Shown: positions 24,059 to 38,374 of the stretch, piece after piece | Layout of the letters: each line of letters opens with the position of its first letter | Position numbering within the stretch: position 1 is the stretch's first letter | Assembly: GCA_037379345.1 (NCBI GenBank) | Contig: CM074521.1 | Location: 6,696,001 to 6,760,000, forward strand | Length of the DNA stretch: 64,000 nt | Direction of reading: 5' to 3' | DNA from: Perna viridis | Lineage: Eukaryota | The notes under the pieces: generated by a model | Seen by the model: the letters and a program-made list of their open reading frames with translations, nothing else | What the model was told of the DNA's origin: nothing | The model's database searches: none | Program-made: the position numbers and the translations under genes

Positions 24059-24729
24059 ATCAATGACTTCTGATATGGTAAGTTCCGAAATACTTTTTAC
24101 TACATATGCAATTCTTCCATCAACACATCTTCTTCGTTAAATAATATGTTTCAAATAAGCCATGAATAAAACATTATTACGACAGTATAATTTCAATTGT
24201 TTTTATTTGATTATTATCCGTTTATATCGCACACGAGTGTCAACAACATTTTGGTTTTTTTTTGTGTTTTTTTTGTGTTTTTTTTTGTGTTTTTTGTTTT
24301 TTGTTCATTCCACTGCAACGCTTGTAGCACAAATGAAGGAACAAAATAGTGTTTTAAATAGTTTCTGCCCATAGCACATTATATGAGGCACAAATTACAG
24401 CAAGTTATGATGCTTTCTAATGTCAAATCTTCACAGGATGTTTCCCTGAACAGAACATGTTTAATTTATTGGAATAAAACATGTTCAGTGTTTCAAGCGC
24501 TTTATCTTCTTATAACTTCTTTTTGGTCCACCATGAGTAAGCCTTACGCAAAGAACTAGGAATGATTGAATGTGTAAACAAGTTCATGATCTGCGACTTA
24601 AAACGACAGTATCCATTGCAGTTTTACTCTGAAATATATATCTGACGCAATCGATTCAATATGACATTCTCTTCTGGTTATACTGGTTGCCATATCTTGT
24701 AATCTTGTAATCCATTCCTGTAATACATT

Positions 24730-24978
24730 CCCTGCTGTGGTATTCGATAGGAGTAGGAACCTTTGCGCTCCGCCACTGGAGGCTAAATTGCCCGACCTTA
24801 CCCACCCACCCACCCTTTTTCCAGTGGCAATCAAAATTTGTCGACCCTATTATCCTTGTGACCCATCCTTTTTTTTCATGTCATGTTCATTTGATCATCC
24901 ATTTCATGTTCATTGTCTGAATATAGCCGAAATATTGCTTCTCGGACGTTAAACCCCAACAAACAAAACAAACAAACA
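24730..24978 (+). mobile_element. SINE family 1, 5'-truncated copy
   Basis: Homologous to 23565-23815; gtaatccattcct repeated on both flanks. Confidence 0.85.
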
Positions 24979-25719
24979 GTAATCCATTCCTTCCCTCAGA
25001 GAGACCGCGATTTGCTTTTGTACAATGCGATGTCCAGTTCTTCCGACAAAGACATTTATAATGCTGACCCAAGTTGCTTCCAAAAAACATTTTTTTAATT
25101 GATGATAACGCACAATGCTATGGATTATTGAAATCATCAAATTATTCCCCTGTATTAGCCTCCCATACCTGAGCATAACCAGGGTAAACATTTGCATCTA
25201 TAGAGTCGTATAAATGAAATGAGTACGTCTTAGTTTGATATGTTCCTTTCTCACTAACTGATTCCTGGCATAAGTAACAATCAAACCTTTCATTGTGCTG
25301 CTGGTAAAACCAGGTTTTCAATGTTTATATGTACAATAAAACTGTCGTCGGAGTTACATGGTTTCATGTCATAAAAACACATCCACTAGCACTGTTAATC
25401 TTTAAGCCGAAGATAAAAAATGCTATATTACTTTGTTACTGGGTTCTAAATTGTTGATTGATGAATGGAAAGCTAGAGCGAATTTCAATTTTCTGTTTAA
25501 ACCATTACGAATTTTTTTATAACTTTGATTTGTGCATATTATTACGCATGATGTCACGTAATGGTCTACATATAATCCTGTTTGATTATGCCTTCCAAAC
25601 GTACAAATAGTCTTTGTTGGAATAAGGTGTAAAATAGTCAGGATAATTGAATGAGTTTTAAATTATGGTTTTATTTATTAACGGTACATGTACATATAGT
25701 TGTATGACTTATCACTACT

Positions 25720-26065
25720 TTAAGTAGCAGTCTTTATAAATGTTAGACAGAAACTGATCTATGCATGTTAAAAACCCACCGAATTCAGTCTTATTTCTTG
25801 TTTATAAACAGTTACTCATCACATAACCAGTCTTATTTTTTCATTAGGTTGTTGCGCTTTAGAGATAGAAATCATATAGACTGTACATGAAATGTGCACT
25901 TTGGAAGAGTTATTGTTCTTGATTTGGCTTCATTTGGTTGATTTCACTGGGAGATGAATATATGATTTTCTTAAAAGTACAGATTTGAATGCAGAAAAGA
26001 TTGTTGTTATGTGAAAGTATAGCATATGAAGACTAAAAAACATCGTTTGTTTGGTGGGTTTTTCA
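25720..26065 (+). repeat. Unclassified ~350-bp interspersed repeat; other copies at about 44985-45310, 46700-47095, 49835-50200 and 58462-58820
   Basis: Shared aagtagcagtc..aaaacccacc.aattcagttttatttcttgtt..tgcaagagtt.ttgttcttgattt. Confidence 0.75.
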
Positions 26066-28813
26066 ATTACGTAATTTACTGACAAACCTAAACATTAAAA
26101 CACAGAGATCATTCTAAACATTTTAAATCTAAAATGCCAAGTCATATACTATTTTTGACAGATGAACGCCATTCTCATTATCAGCCAATGGACAGTTTAT
26201 AAGGCGAAGATGTTTCCAGAGCATCGTTTCGACTTCCTTCTGTATCGCCCAGTATTTGAGGAAGTAAAATGCTCATGATAGGCCAGAAGTCTAGAATAGC
26301 ACATAGTATTTCCTTTTGGCGTAAAGCTGGCTGACGTATGTTGTTCTCCCCAATTTGCAAAACTGAATGTAATGACGGAGCACTTCTACATCAACAGGGT
26401 TTAGATCAAATCAAAATCCACTTTCTTTACCGTCATTAAATTATTAACTGCATTTCTCAAATATAAATGTACAAAATATGGCAAGCATATATAAATTGAT
26501 GTATAGAAAGTAAACTCAATCTATGTTTTCCATGTCTGGTCTTTGTCCATGGATTACATTCTTTATGATTACCACTATAACCTTGATTACTCTTTTAGAT
26601 TTCATGGTAATGCAAAATAATGTTCGTCTTAATGATTTTAAACTTAAGGTTTAAGAATTGGCAATGATAAATTAACAATATGCACATGGAAAATTTATGT
26701 TATGTTATGACAAAATGTTTATATTTTTATCATAGCCAATTCTTATAAATTAATTTTAAAATATATTTTTATCTTTAAACCTGAGAAAAGTAGCACTGAA
26801 TTTAACTGAATAGGGGCGTGTCAATATTTTTTTATCCATTGAGATATGACAATATTATGCTAACCAATCATATAACAGTATTTATTTCAAATTAATTCAT
26901 TAACATAGACTATTGAAAATAACTCCCAATGCAAAAATAATGGAAAGGATCTTTACAATTTTAATATCACGTAACTGCAAAGTTTTACAATTTAACACAG
27001 TACAGTATTGACTACACAAAACGAAACTATTGATTGGTCATTTACATTTGAATCTAAATACATTGCACAATAAAAAACAAATGATAAATTTAACAAATCT
27101 GATTCTATTTGCGGACTACAAAGTTCCATAAAAAAAAATAAAAATCTTAAATCATTTTTTGTGTGTGTGTAGCTTACAATGCAAATGTTTGCCAAAAGCT
27201 TTTTCGTCATAGAGAAATTCTTACTTTTTTGTGTTTTATTCGTTTTTTTATATTCAAGATGTGATATATCTATATAAATTAACGTTATCAAAGTAACACA
27301 CTTTTCTATACATCTACACTTTGTAAGATGCTCGAAAACATTCATTAATGTTATATACTGTATACACATCACAAGCCGTAAATTTTGTTGAGTAAAAAAC
27401 TAGAAACTGTCATAAAAAATGCGTTTCCTAAACATTATCATTGTTTGATGAATACTTTGCCGTTCATGAATCTGACTACTTCTTTCAAAACCGACAACAC
27501 CAGGGAAATAACAAAATTCACGTGCATGTGTTATGTGTTAAGATGAAAGAGAGATAACTCATTTTTTTTTTGTAAAGCAGCCAAAGCAATGGATATTAGG
27601 TATGCATCACTGACCCTTGAATTTGCTGTTAACTAATTTATTTGAAACGAAGTCAAGCTTGATAAGACATAATAGTCATTTTACCAGTAATATATTACTA
27701 CGGTAATTGAGAAAACATATTAATCCTCTTTCTTATATTATATATCAATAATAAACTGCATAATAACATCAAATGTATTTTCAATCGGTCAGATGTAGAC
27801 GCTGAGACTATTATATAATGTAAACAATAATAGACATGTATGAATCACTAGTTTTATGTAAATATTTATATATTTCGCTGAAACCAAAAATGTAATACGT
27901 TTCTTATAATGTATTACTATCTGAAGACTCGGTACTGAATATTGGTCAAAATACACTGAAAGCCTAAAAAAAAAAGAAACATATATGATCTATACACACG
28001 ATGTAGGTAACAACACAGCGGTTTACTAAAAGGGGTTTTCTTTAGAATATTAACTTACTTCAAAGCTATATTCAATGCTTTTTTGTTTTGTGTGATTTTT
28101 GTGAGACATACGGACGTCTTCAATTTACATAATAATTCTTCCATGTATGACGAAGCTACAAAAGATCCTTTAGAGGAGTCGGTGTACCATGTATGTTTTC
28201 AACAAATTATTATTTCTGACATTTTCCTGTTCTTAATACAGGAATATTGATTTAGTGTCAGTGTTGACTACAATGTATTGACGGATAAAACAATCAAAGA
28301 GTCTTGCCTGACAAAAATGATAAGTCATAGAACAAAACGGATGACAAACATATCTCCGTTGTCATATATTTACACCCATTATTTCAATTGTTATAGATGA
28401 ATATTTTCTTCGTATTGGTTTCATGGGAACAGAAAAGAACAAAAGAGAACAAAATTACATCGATTTTGTAGCAGTTGACGTCAAAACCATTCTATGGTAA
28501 ATATAGTCACATTGACCAGTGCAAATGTTGCAAACACCGGTTGTTATTAGTATGAAACTATGAGAAAAATACATCTCAAGTCAAAATAGTTATCTTTCTT
28601 ATGAATTGTGTACTTTCACTGTTTTAATAATTGTTTGCATTATATCACGTCCTTTCGTCCTGCTGTTTCCGGTTTGAAACGGCTAAATAACAATGGCCAA
28701 ATGAGGACTTCACCGAGGACATGTTTTAATTGTATTTGCAGATATATATTATTGTTTTTTTTAATTTGTATTTTTTCCCATACTATTAAACGTAGCTAAA
28801 AATATAATATTAA

Positions 28814-29025
28814 GGAGGTAGAACTAGTGTAAGGGACATAACTCATGAAGTCAGTGATATGTTTGTAGTGTATTTAATTTCACCAAAGCCTCTCTAGCTT
28901 TTGTTTGAAGCAGAATAAAATGAATCCAAGTAAATAAGATGCTTACACACGATTGGTGTAAAATGGTAAATACAAACGATCCAATGACTTTTAAGAGTTG
29001 TGTCCCTTACCCTAGGTCTACCACC
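28814..29025. mobile_element. ~210-bp MITE with TTAA TSD and GG..CC termini (Kolobok-like)
   Basis: TIR ggaggtagacctagggtaagggaca..; ttaa on both sides. Confidence 0.8.
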
Positions 29026-29289
29026 TTAAATAATATATAACTTTGTTTAAGATATTCCTGTTTTATATCAGATGAAACAAACTCCTTTTTAAATAGCATA
29101 CGTTGAGCTGACCCTTTTAAGTGTGTTTTAACTTTTTGACATTTTATTCTTTGTCATCATTATTACTTACTAGTTACATGCAATCCGCTCCTGTTTGTAG
29201 GAATATTTTTCTTCTAAAATCAACGTTTATTCATATCTATTCATTTACTGTATAAAATGTCTAGTTAATTAACTATTAATGAGATATAT

Positions 29290-29777
29290 GTCTGCGTATG
29301 GAGTGTTCATATCACAACTCATACGTTATGCCAGAGCTTGCCGAAATTACGCAGACTTTTTGTATCGCGCTAGAACTCTAACAAATATGCTTTTGGAACA
29401 GGGTTATGTTGCTACAAGATTGAAGTCATCACTACAGAAGTTTTATGGTCGTCATCATGAACTCGTGGATCGTTATGGTGTATCCATCTGCATCATCAAC
29501 GGGTCATAGTTTTCCTTTCTTCGTTTGTCTACCCCGGACTTTCCTTTTTATAAGCAACTCGGCGGGTGTTTCCAAAAAAAGCAGAGGACGCTTACCCTAC
29601 CGGTGCACCTGGTCCATACTCCCAGTTTTTAGTGGAGTTCGAGTTGCTCGTTTGCTTTTGTTATTTTGTATGCATGATTTTAGTTACTTTATGTTCTTTG
29701 TTGGGTATGTCTGTTTTCCATGTCTGGTCACATTCTTTTGATTACCTCTATAACCTTTGTTTCCTGGATTACTCTTT
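29290..29777 (+). mobile_element. Penelope-like RT C-terminus plus 3' UTR (longest copy)
   Basis: AYGVFISQLIRYARAC..DFLYRA..LLEQGY..LQKFYGRH is the C-terminal region of Penelope-like RTs; the ORF ends there. Confidence 0.85.
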
Positions 29778-31093
29778 CTTTAGGTTGGTTGTGTCGAATC
29801 AATTGAAACAAAATACAAAATACCACTAATGTTAGTATTTAAATTCAGTTATGCTGTACATGTATTTGAAGGAGTAACCTACCAGCAGCAATATAATGTT
29901 AACCCAAAATTAAGTGTATACATGAATAGTCCTTTTTCGTATTCCCGACTTTGGCTTCGTTTTAAGCAAAGGGGAGTAACTTTCTACATATTTGTCATCC
30001 GACAGACTGGTTTACGGTCAAACTCGTGCAATGTACAGCAGTAGACTTCAAATTCAAATATTCAATTTATAAGAGCCGCGGTAAACACCTAAATACTTTT
30101 AAATGAATTATTTCAAACCATCCGGGTACTTACCGAGTTCCCATGCGAAATCCTTACTGTTTTCCATTTCCCCAATGAGACCGCCAACCAGGTTGTCGGG
30201 TGTTGGCGGGTAATGTCCCTTTGAAAAACTTGCTAAAATGGCTTGCATTCAGTACATTTGAAAAAGGACTATTGCGATAAACCAAATATACCGAAACAGA
30301 AAGCCTAGCCTAATCCAGAGCAAACATGTTCTATCTATGTTATACAGGGAATTAAAAAAAAATTCTGCGATCTTCAGTTTTATAATATTAAAAATATAGT
30401 AAAGTATCTATTATATGAATCGGCTGTTAGTCTGATAAATATCTCAAACAATTGTTGCTTGATAGAAAATTCCTCCATATCAGTATTGCAAGATGCTATA
30501 ATAACATAAGAAACTTGCAATTGTGTCTAAAAAAACATAAGAAAACTAGCCAGGAGTACTGGTTACGCTATCAACAATTTCCTGAATTATCACTGGGTCT
30601 AGAAGACAATAAAATCTGTTATGCTGATGAAGTCCCCAGACGTAATTATTTTGTAATTTCCTAAAGTCATCACTGCCAATACAAACCTATATTGTTCCTA
30701 AGTATGTCATTGTTAGAGGAATAGACAACTAATGAAATATCTGTGCTTCTCATGTATAGTATGATAAAAAAAAACCTGGTGAGTCTAATGAATAACATGA
30801 GTTCACTTAAAAAAACAACGTAGATATCTCATTATGGAATAAAATAAAATAAAGGTCTTTTCTTGTTCTCAGAACTCTGACGGAAAGATTTATAAAGATA
30901 TACCAATATTTTTGGAAGAAACGGAATTGCAAATTTTTATTAAAATTGTTAGACTAGCGTCTACAAACAACAATACTGCACGGCTGAAAATTAAAAAAAA
31001 AATGAGTAAGAATAAAAACAAATACGTTCTTCTTTAATATGTTGAATGTTCCATTTGTTTAATGGAAACTACAAATCAGGTCATATGATTTAA

Positions 31094-31305
31094 GGATGCA
31101 GACCTAGGGTATGGGACGTAATTTTTTAAAAATCAGTGATATGTTTATATCATATTAAATTTCACTTAAGCTTTTCAAGCTTTCCTTTTGAACCAGAATG
31201 AAATCAGTCCAAATTACTTTGATGCTTACATGAGATTGTCAAATGCTGAATACAAACGCTCCAATGATTTGTAAGAGTTGTGTCCCTTACTCTAGGTCTA
31301 CCTTC
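31094..31305. mobile_element. Same TTAA MITE
   Basis: TIRs and TTAA flanks. Confidence 0.8.
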
Positions 31306-31634
31306 TTAAGTAGTGTAACCTAATTACTTTCATGGATCTGATATCAACCATAAAGTTTTGTTTTACTTCGGTTGTAAAAATTTCAACTTAAATTAAGCAT
31401 TGTTAATGGCATGTTCCCTTCTATTTAATTGCAAATTTTGCTGCATGTTATAGCAATGATTCAACCATTAATGAATTCCTCGTCAGAATAACAACTATTC
31501 TTAAGTTAATTTTCGAAGTTAATTGCATAATTGGAAAGCGATCCATATTTGTTGCGTTTTTGTAGAAACATTATACAATGCATGTTGTTTTAAAGAAGTA
31601 TTATTTTCTACAGTACTCGATCGTGTAAACTTAC

Positions 31635-31763
31635 CTTTCTTTCGTATATCGTACATCGTGTTTAGCTCATTGTGTAACGTAAATCGTGTATCGTGATTGC
31701 TACTTGTGAATTTGATTTAATACCACTGGACCAATTTAACCACTTATTGCAGCTGCCACAAAA
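31635..31763 (-). other. Candidate upstream (mostly 5' UTR) exon, possibly of the ADAMTS gene
   Basis: tttcttttcag acceptor and AAG|gtaagt donor; stops in all frames until ATG 31656 (MYDIRKK, phase 1). Confidence 0.4.
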
Positions 31764-32009
31764 CTGAAAAGAAATATTGTAAGTGAATTCAAATATTATG
31801 TACAATGAAACTTCTCGGACAATTAATATGAAATATTGGGTTTGAGAGAAAACAAGATGAATCGAAATGCAACATTATAGCTTTAAAAAATGGATTTATT
31901 TTACCCAACTTTTAAGAAAGTTTCTTGTCTTGCTGACCTCTAACACAGCAATATTGTTTACAATGTCCTACATGTAGTATAAATTACCATTTTGTTTTAC
32001 TTATCATCA

Positions 32010-33595
32010 ATTTTTAGATATTTCGAAAGTTATGACATCCACCTGAAATAGTTCATTTTTTTTCAAATGCGATATATTTTCACAAAACATTGGAAACATT
32101 GTGTTGTTATGATAATTCAATTGAGAAAATCTAACGTGCAGTGAAAATTTACATTTTCGTACTAAAACATTTAGGATTTTTTGACATATTGAGAGCTATC
32201 GCATCCACCGGATGTATTACATTTTCCGAAATGTGATATATTTTTGCAAATGTTTTGTTGTTTCGATTGCAATAAAGAAAAACTGTTCGTGATATTATGT
32301 GTGCATTGACATTTTTTTTTTCAGACTAAAACATATATTTTGGATTTTTAGACATACTGAGTTACCGCATACACCTGAAGTACTACAATTTCCCAATTAT
32401 GATAACTATTTTACAAAAAAGTGTAGAATTTCTGCTTTGATAACTTTCAATTGCGATATCCCGTGTGTAGTTAAAATTAATATTTTTTTCGAACTAAAAA
32501 CATATTTTTTGGATTTTCAAACATATTTAGATTGATCGCATCCACCTTAAGTACTACATTTTTCCAAATATGGAAATTTTTAAATGTGATAATTTTTTAC
32601 AAAAATGTTGTTATGATGACTTTCAAACCAGAAAAAAAACTGTTCGCAATTTCCTGTGTGCAGAATAAATTAACATTTTTAGACTTAAACAATATATTTT
32701 TAGACACATAAAGATTTATTCCATTCATCTTTTAGTAATGCATATTTTCAAATATGATATGGTTTTACGAACATTTTGTAAAATTGTATTATACTAATTT
32801 TCAATCAGTTCGTAATATCCCGGGAGCAGTGAAAATGGACATTTTTCCGACTAAAAACAGACATTTTGGATAACTGTAAACGCACTATTGTTCGTTGCAA
32901 ACCACAAGACATGATTCCTAACGAAAAGAATTAATTACTTTAAATTGTATGACAGGTTCATCCAAACCACGTATTTAAGAATCCACGATCTTGTGCTTTT
33001 CCCTTCATCACGAAAATTGATACCCTCAAATATTAGCACTTTCTCAGTATTAGACATTTAAATAGTTATCGCATCCACCTGAAGTTCCACATTTCCCAAT
33101 ATATGATATGTCTTTTACAGAAATGTTGAGACATAGTTCTGTTTTGAAAACTTTCCATTGCGAAATCCTGTGTCTTGTGACATTTGACATTTTTTGGACA
33201 AAAATAATAAAAACATGAATGATTTTAAGACATATTAAGAGTTATCCCATCCACCTCAAGTACTACATTTTTCCAAGTATGGTATGTTTTTACAAAAAGT
33301 TTGAGAAATGTTATTGCTTTGATACCTTTCATTAAAAAAACTGTTAGACATGTTCATTGGCATTATACAGACTAAAAACATATATTTCGGATTTTTTTTA
33401 CCAATTAAGAGTAATTAGATTCAGCCAAAATACTTATATTTTCACCTGAATTACGAGATAATAATGTTGTCAAGCAAATGAGCCAAGAACTCGTGTTTGC
33501 TATTAAAATTAGCATTTTTCAGGCCAAAACAAATTTGTATACTTTTGATTTTTTTTATATTAATCAAAAGTTATCTCATGCATCCACGAAGAAGG
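32010..33595. repeat. Degenerate ~170-bp tandem satellite, about 9 units, interrupted by a ~180-bp MITE (32870-33050)
   Basis: gcatccacctgaagtactacatttt core near 32036, 32202, 32368, 32539, 32722, 33072, 33248, 33418 and 33581. Confidence 0.8.
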
Positions 33596-35729
33596 ATGAC
33601 TATATGTTATTTTAAATCACTCATTCGCTGCTCTGATAACATAGGCTTATATTGAAATTCAATGACAGGTCTATCTATGACTGAACCTCGGGCCTTCTTT
33701 TCCATACAAAATTCGCTATTGCCGTGTTTCAACTATTTTGATTATTTTCATGATTAAAATATAGTATGATTCAGATGCCATTGATAGACTGACATTGTAA
33801 TATTAATAGAAAAGGTATTATTTGATATGAAATGGAACGCATAATTAATAAAAAAATGAATTTGTTTTCAACAAAAATTCTAGTTTTATATTTCAAAATT
33901 TCATTTTGCATTATGGGTATTCAGCGCTTGTCGAAAAAATAGTGCTATCGTGTATCGCATATCTTGTTTCCCTTGACTACTCTTTGTCACAATTTTTTTT
34001 TCAAATATTTATTGATAATTTATTTATGGCAAAGCCAACTTCATTCATTTAATTTCAATGAAATACAAATTATCATTTATTTTTGTTTTGTTTTCAATCA
34101 ATCGGCTTTCTGAGACAGTTAGATTGGTACAATATAATCCTCCCGGGCGGATCAATTCTGTTTGAAAGCATGTTTATAAACCGAATGGAGATTTTCTAGG
34201 TGGTTGTTAATGATTAAATATGTCGAAATAATTATAAGTGTGAGAAACTCCGTCTTTTGACAAATAGAGCGAAGCAGGACAAATAAAAAACGACGAACTT
34301 CTCACACGAGTGATGAAATCCAGTTTCTTCAATGAGTGACAAGTGTAAGCACGTATTTCTTCCGTTTTACAACCTAAAGATGAGGAACTATCATGAAGGT
34401 CAATGAATGATTTGCATAACGTATGTGTCGTGTTACTGAGCGCTGATAAAGCACGTGAGTTTAACAGTTGTCACCCCGAAAATACTGTTATCGTATTGAT
34501 TTTTAGGTTTTTGAATAATTTGAATATATTAACATACATTTCAATTTGCTATTTTACCTATGACAGATACGTTCGCGTGCACATGTCTGTCATGATCTGT
34601 CTGTCATAGAAAAACAATAAAAACGGAGGAAATTTAGAATAATAGTTCATTTGATCATTTCAACGTACTTTAAGCAAAACACCTTGTAATGCGACCACAA
34701 TCAGTTTCATTCAAGCTCTGAAAAGGTCTAATGACGTCATAATCACTCCCGATGTTTTCGTTTACGGTAGATAGAAAAATATCTGTCAACAAGATCAAAG
34801 GAAAAAAAAGTACAGATTACCAATATATAGTGCTCCCAAATTGTACAGAATCAAAGTAAATTGAAATAGAAATAGTCAAAATATCTCTCTCATAGCACTG
34901 TCTTCCATTATTAGTACATTTTTGTTATTATCTTCCTCGCTTAATGTATCACTTCCGATGTAGAGAATACGTAGTCTTGATCGAGGCAATCAGTTTGTTA
35001 TTTTTATATAAATGAAACAAAACAGTTAGTTAAAAAATACCATTGATAATGTGGAAATTGGGCTTATATGTCTTGCTTCATTTTAATGTCGATTTTTGAG
35101 AATTGTCTGAACGTGTTATTATATTCTGTTGCTTATGATTAATGTATTCCTGTCCTCTTTTCAAAAGAAAACACAAGTTTCTTCTCAAGAAATTGATGAA
35201 TTCCTAGAAGGGTTGTTTTATTGGTTATATAAAACCATACATAAATTTTAGCTTCAGTAGTAACTTTATTTATTGTAAAGTAGATGACTTTTTCCTCCTC
35301 GCAAGTCATGTTTAAAGCATGAGAACGCAATTTCATCCCTCGAAAGTCATATTTAAAGCATGAGAACGCAAAACTATATATATATGGTATATGTATGTAT
35401 AATTGACATTTTCTTCGCTGAGCATATAGCAATTGTTGACCATGGCATGCATTTTATCATCAGGAGCATATCTTAATCAAACTAGCAGCGAATTGGTAAA
35501 TGATACTTAATTAAACAGAACATTTAATCAGAGCTATTCATATTGTTGACAATTTTTACGTTTTGATCAATTTTGTTATTCTCTTTGGTTGTTCTGTCTA
35601 CCGATATTGCGTAAGATGTATGAACTGTCTTCTGCTTAAATAATCAAATATATGAATACTCAAAAGCAATGTGCATAAACATCGATATATGTATTCAATA
35701 TCTGTATTTTTATAGTGAAACCTGTTTAA

Positions 35730-35940
35730 GAAGGTAGACATATAGTATGGGACGCAATTCTTAAAATCAGTGATATGTTTGTATCTTATTCAATTTCGCT
35801 TAAGCTTTTCAAGCTTTCCTTTGAAACAAAATGAAATAGTCCAAGTTACTTTGATGCTTACATGAGCTTGATGTAAAATGCTGAATACAAACGTTCCAAT
35901 GATTTGTAAGAGTTGTGTTCCTTACCCTATGTCTACCTCC
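35730..35940. mobile_element. Same TTAA MITE, nested in the left end of another MITE (tatagtgaaacctgt..)
   Basis: TIRs and TTAA flanks. Confidence 0.8.
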
Positions 35941-37707
35941 TTAAACCAAACCCTGAAATACTAAATACTTTCCCGAATTCAGTTTGAACCTTTGTAAACA
36001 TTACACTTGTCTTAACTTTATCATATATAAACTACAAAAGGAGTTTGTTTAGACAGCTTCCTCTGCATATTGATTCATGATAGTTGAACCGTTCTTCATT
36101 TAATTATTTACATCCGTGATCTCGAAATGCTGTATTGCAATGCAAATTCTTCTATAATTATCATGTAGAAACATAAACTGTAATTTGTTTTCGGTATAGT
36201 TATACAGAACAATGTTCTGATTTTAATACTAAACTCAACGCTCTGTAAATAACAAATCTCTATGTATTTGGATGGTAGCTTAAAACCATTTTCGTGAAAC
36301 CACAGAGCCACATAACAAGACTTTCTTAGCCTATGGAAATTATAGAAAAATATACTTTTTATGAGTATATTGCTTCACTTTTTTTATTTTCGTGTAACTA
36401 CTTCTTGCAACGCTCTACTTTGAAAAGTTGGATATTGATTTTATACCAATAAGAACCAACAAAGCAATGTTAACTTGATTAACAAGTACTGTCTAACGTC
36501 GAAGCTTTAGAAATAAATGAAAAAAATAATAATAAATATTCACATATTATACCCGATATCATCTTGACATCTTAGATACATGTGTACTATAGTCCAGCGT
36601 ATAAACGAATTCTAATGAACAATGTTGCAGATATGGTTCATATACGGCTTTTATGGAAACCTTGGTTATTTTGCAAAATATCTTTATTTTAGTATCAAAT
36701 TGGATACTATATAATTTACTAAAATGTTGATATGCAATACCCGGTCAACATCTGAACTTAAAATCATTATATAACAAAGTGTGTTTACAAAGGCTCATTA
36801 AAGCGTAACTAGAGAACAAATCTAAAAATTCAACTGGGCCTATACCCAATAGTTCTAATCAATATTAGACAAAGTTTTGGAAAAAACACAATTCTTCAAG
36901 TTCCTCAAACAACATTTCGAAATCATCGACACGAGCAATGCTAAATGTTTATGACCACACTCTTGAAACCCACAACTACATCCCAAAAAATCTGGCAATT
37001 TCAATAAAGGATGAAAAAATGTATCACATCGTGTTTCATAAATGTATTAAGCTTTTAATCTTCGGACATTGACAAATCTATATTATCTCAACGGAACGAC
37101 AAAATACTTATTCCTAGATTGCTCTGCATTATATTTTATTGTCAATAAAACAATTTCACCTTTATGTAAATGAAACAGCCAGACGTTATTATTAGTAATA
37201 TCCCCTGGGAATAATGCTATTACGGCTCTGTCATTTTTTTCTATCTATTTCATTCTTAGCAAACTACAAAGTACTCCTCTTATTGCAACGCTATTCTTCC
37301 CTTTTGTATTACAAAACGTAATTAGCAACTCAATATAAAACATAAAGTAACAAGCATTGTAACAATTCTTAATAATACCTCAATGTGGACGCTAATATCC
37401 AATAAATGTGAAATGTATTACGCTTAACAATTTGTCATATGACAAATAAGTCATGTATGGTAATGTTAATGGTGAATTTTCTGTGTCATACTTTTATTCG
37501 TTAATTTTGCTCCAGAATTTGAAATTATGAGAAGGCAAAGATAGTTAAAAACTATTATCTCTATAAAGTAGTAATTTGATCCTCTATCCTACATAATAAC
37601 ACATAGATGGGCTGTCCCTTACTACCATACATCGTGTACGAAGTTACAAGCCTAGATTAATCCCGGAGGAGAAATTACCCGGCCAGCGAAATCTATATTT
37701 TTATATA

Positions 37708-37955
37708 CCCTACCTGGCCGAGTGGTCTAGGGCGCTTGACTTTGTGTAGGCGGTGTTGCCATAGATGTCACAGCGGTGCGAGTTCGAGTCCCGCGGAGGG
37801 AACGACTAAAAATTTGCATCGCAAATTTAAACAGTTCTAACATCGTTGGAAATATTTTTCAGCCCCTTCTATAAGTTTACATTATCTTCCCTGTATCAAT
37901 TTGATCTGATGGAGCAGTGTAGCAAATTGTCGTCACATTCTTAGATGATGTATAA
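37708..37955 (+). mobile_element. tRNA-derived SINE (family 2), copy 1
   Basis: A box TGGCCGAGTGG at 37715, B box GTTCGAGTCC at 37782, non-tRNA body. Confidence 0.85.
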
Positions 37956-38118
37956 TATTAAATTGGTGTGACATGCATCATTAACCTGATCCTCTATCAT
38001 ATATAATAACACCTAGATGAGCTGTCCCGTACTACCATACATCGTGTACGAAGTAACAAGCCTAGATTAATCCTACGCGGAGGAATGACCCGGTCAGCGA
38101 AAGCTATATTTTTATATA

Positions 38119-38374
38119 GCCTAGCTGGCCGAATGGTCTAGAGCGCTGGACTTTGTGCAGGCGGCGTTGCTACAGATGTCACAGCGGTACGAGTTCGAGT
38201 CCCGTGGAGGGAACGACTGAAAATTTGCATCGCAAATTGGACGCTTCTAACATCGTTGGGACTTTTTCGGACCCTTCTATAAGCTTATATTACCTTCTCT
38301 GTATCAATTTAATCCGATTGAGATGTGTAGCGAATATAGTCGTCCCATTCTTAGACGTTATATATATATATATA
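38119..38374 (+). mobile_element. tRNA-derived SINE family 2, copy 2 (within a 410-bp tandem duplication, 37577/37987)
   Basis: A and B boxes; (TA)n end; about 130 bp of upstream flank duplicated with it. Confidence 0.85.

Noticed and set aside
24560-25200. Coding-looking minus-strand stretch around the SINE insertion
   Set aside because: Stops in all frames and no recognisable motif; possibly an old relic but unidentifiable without a search.
30620-30665. Hammerhead-like CTGATGA-AGTC..GAC-GTAA (also a CTGATGAGTC at 54739)
   Set aside because: GAAA core missing and stem I cannot form.
37708-37800. tRNA gene
   Set aside because: Imperfect cloverleaf, no poly-T terminator, continues into a repeated SINE body.
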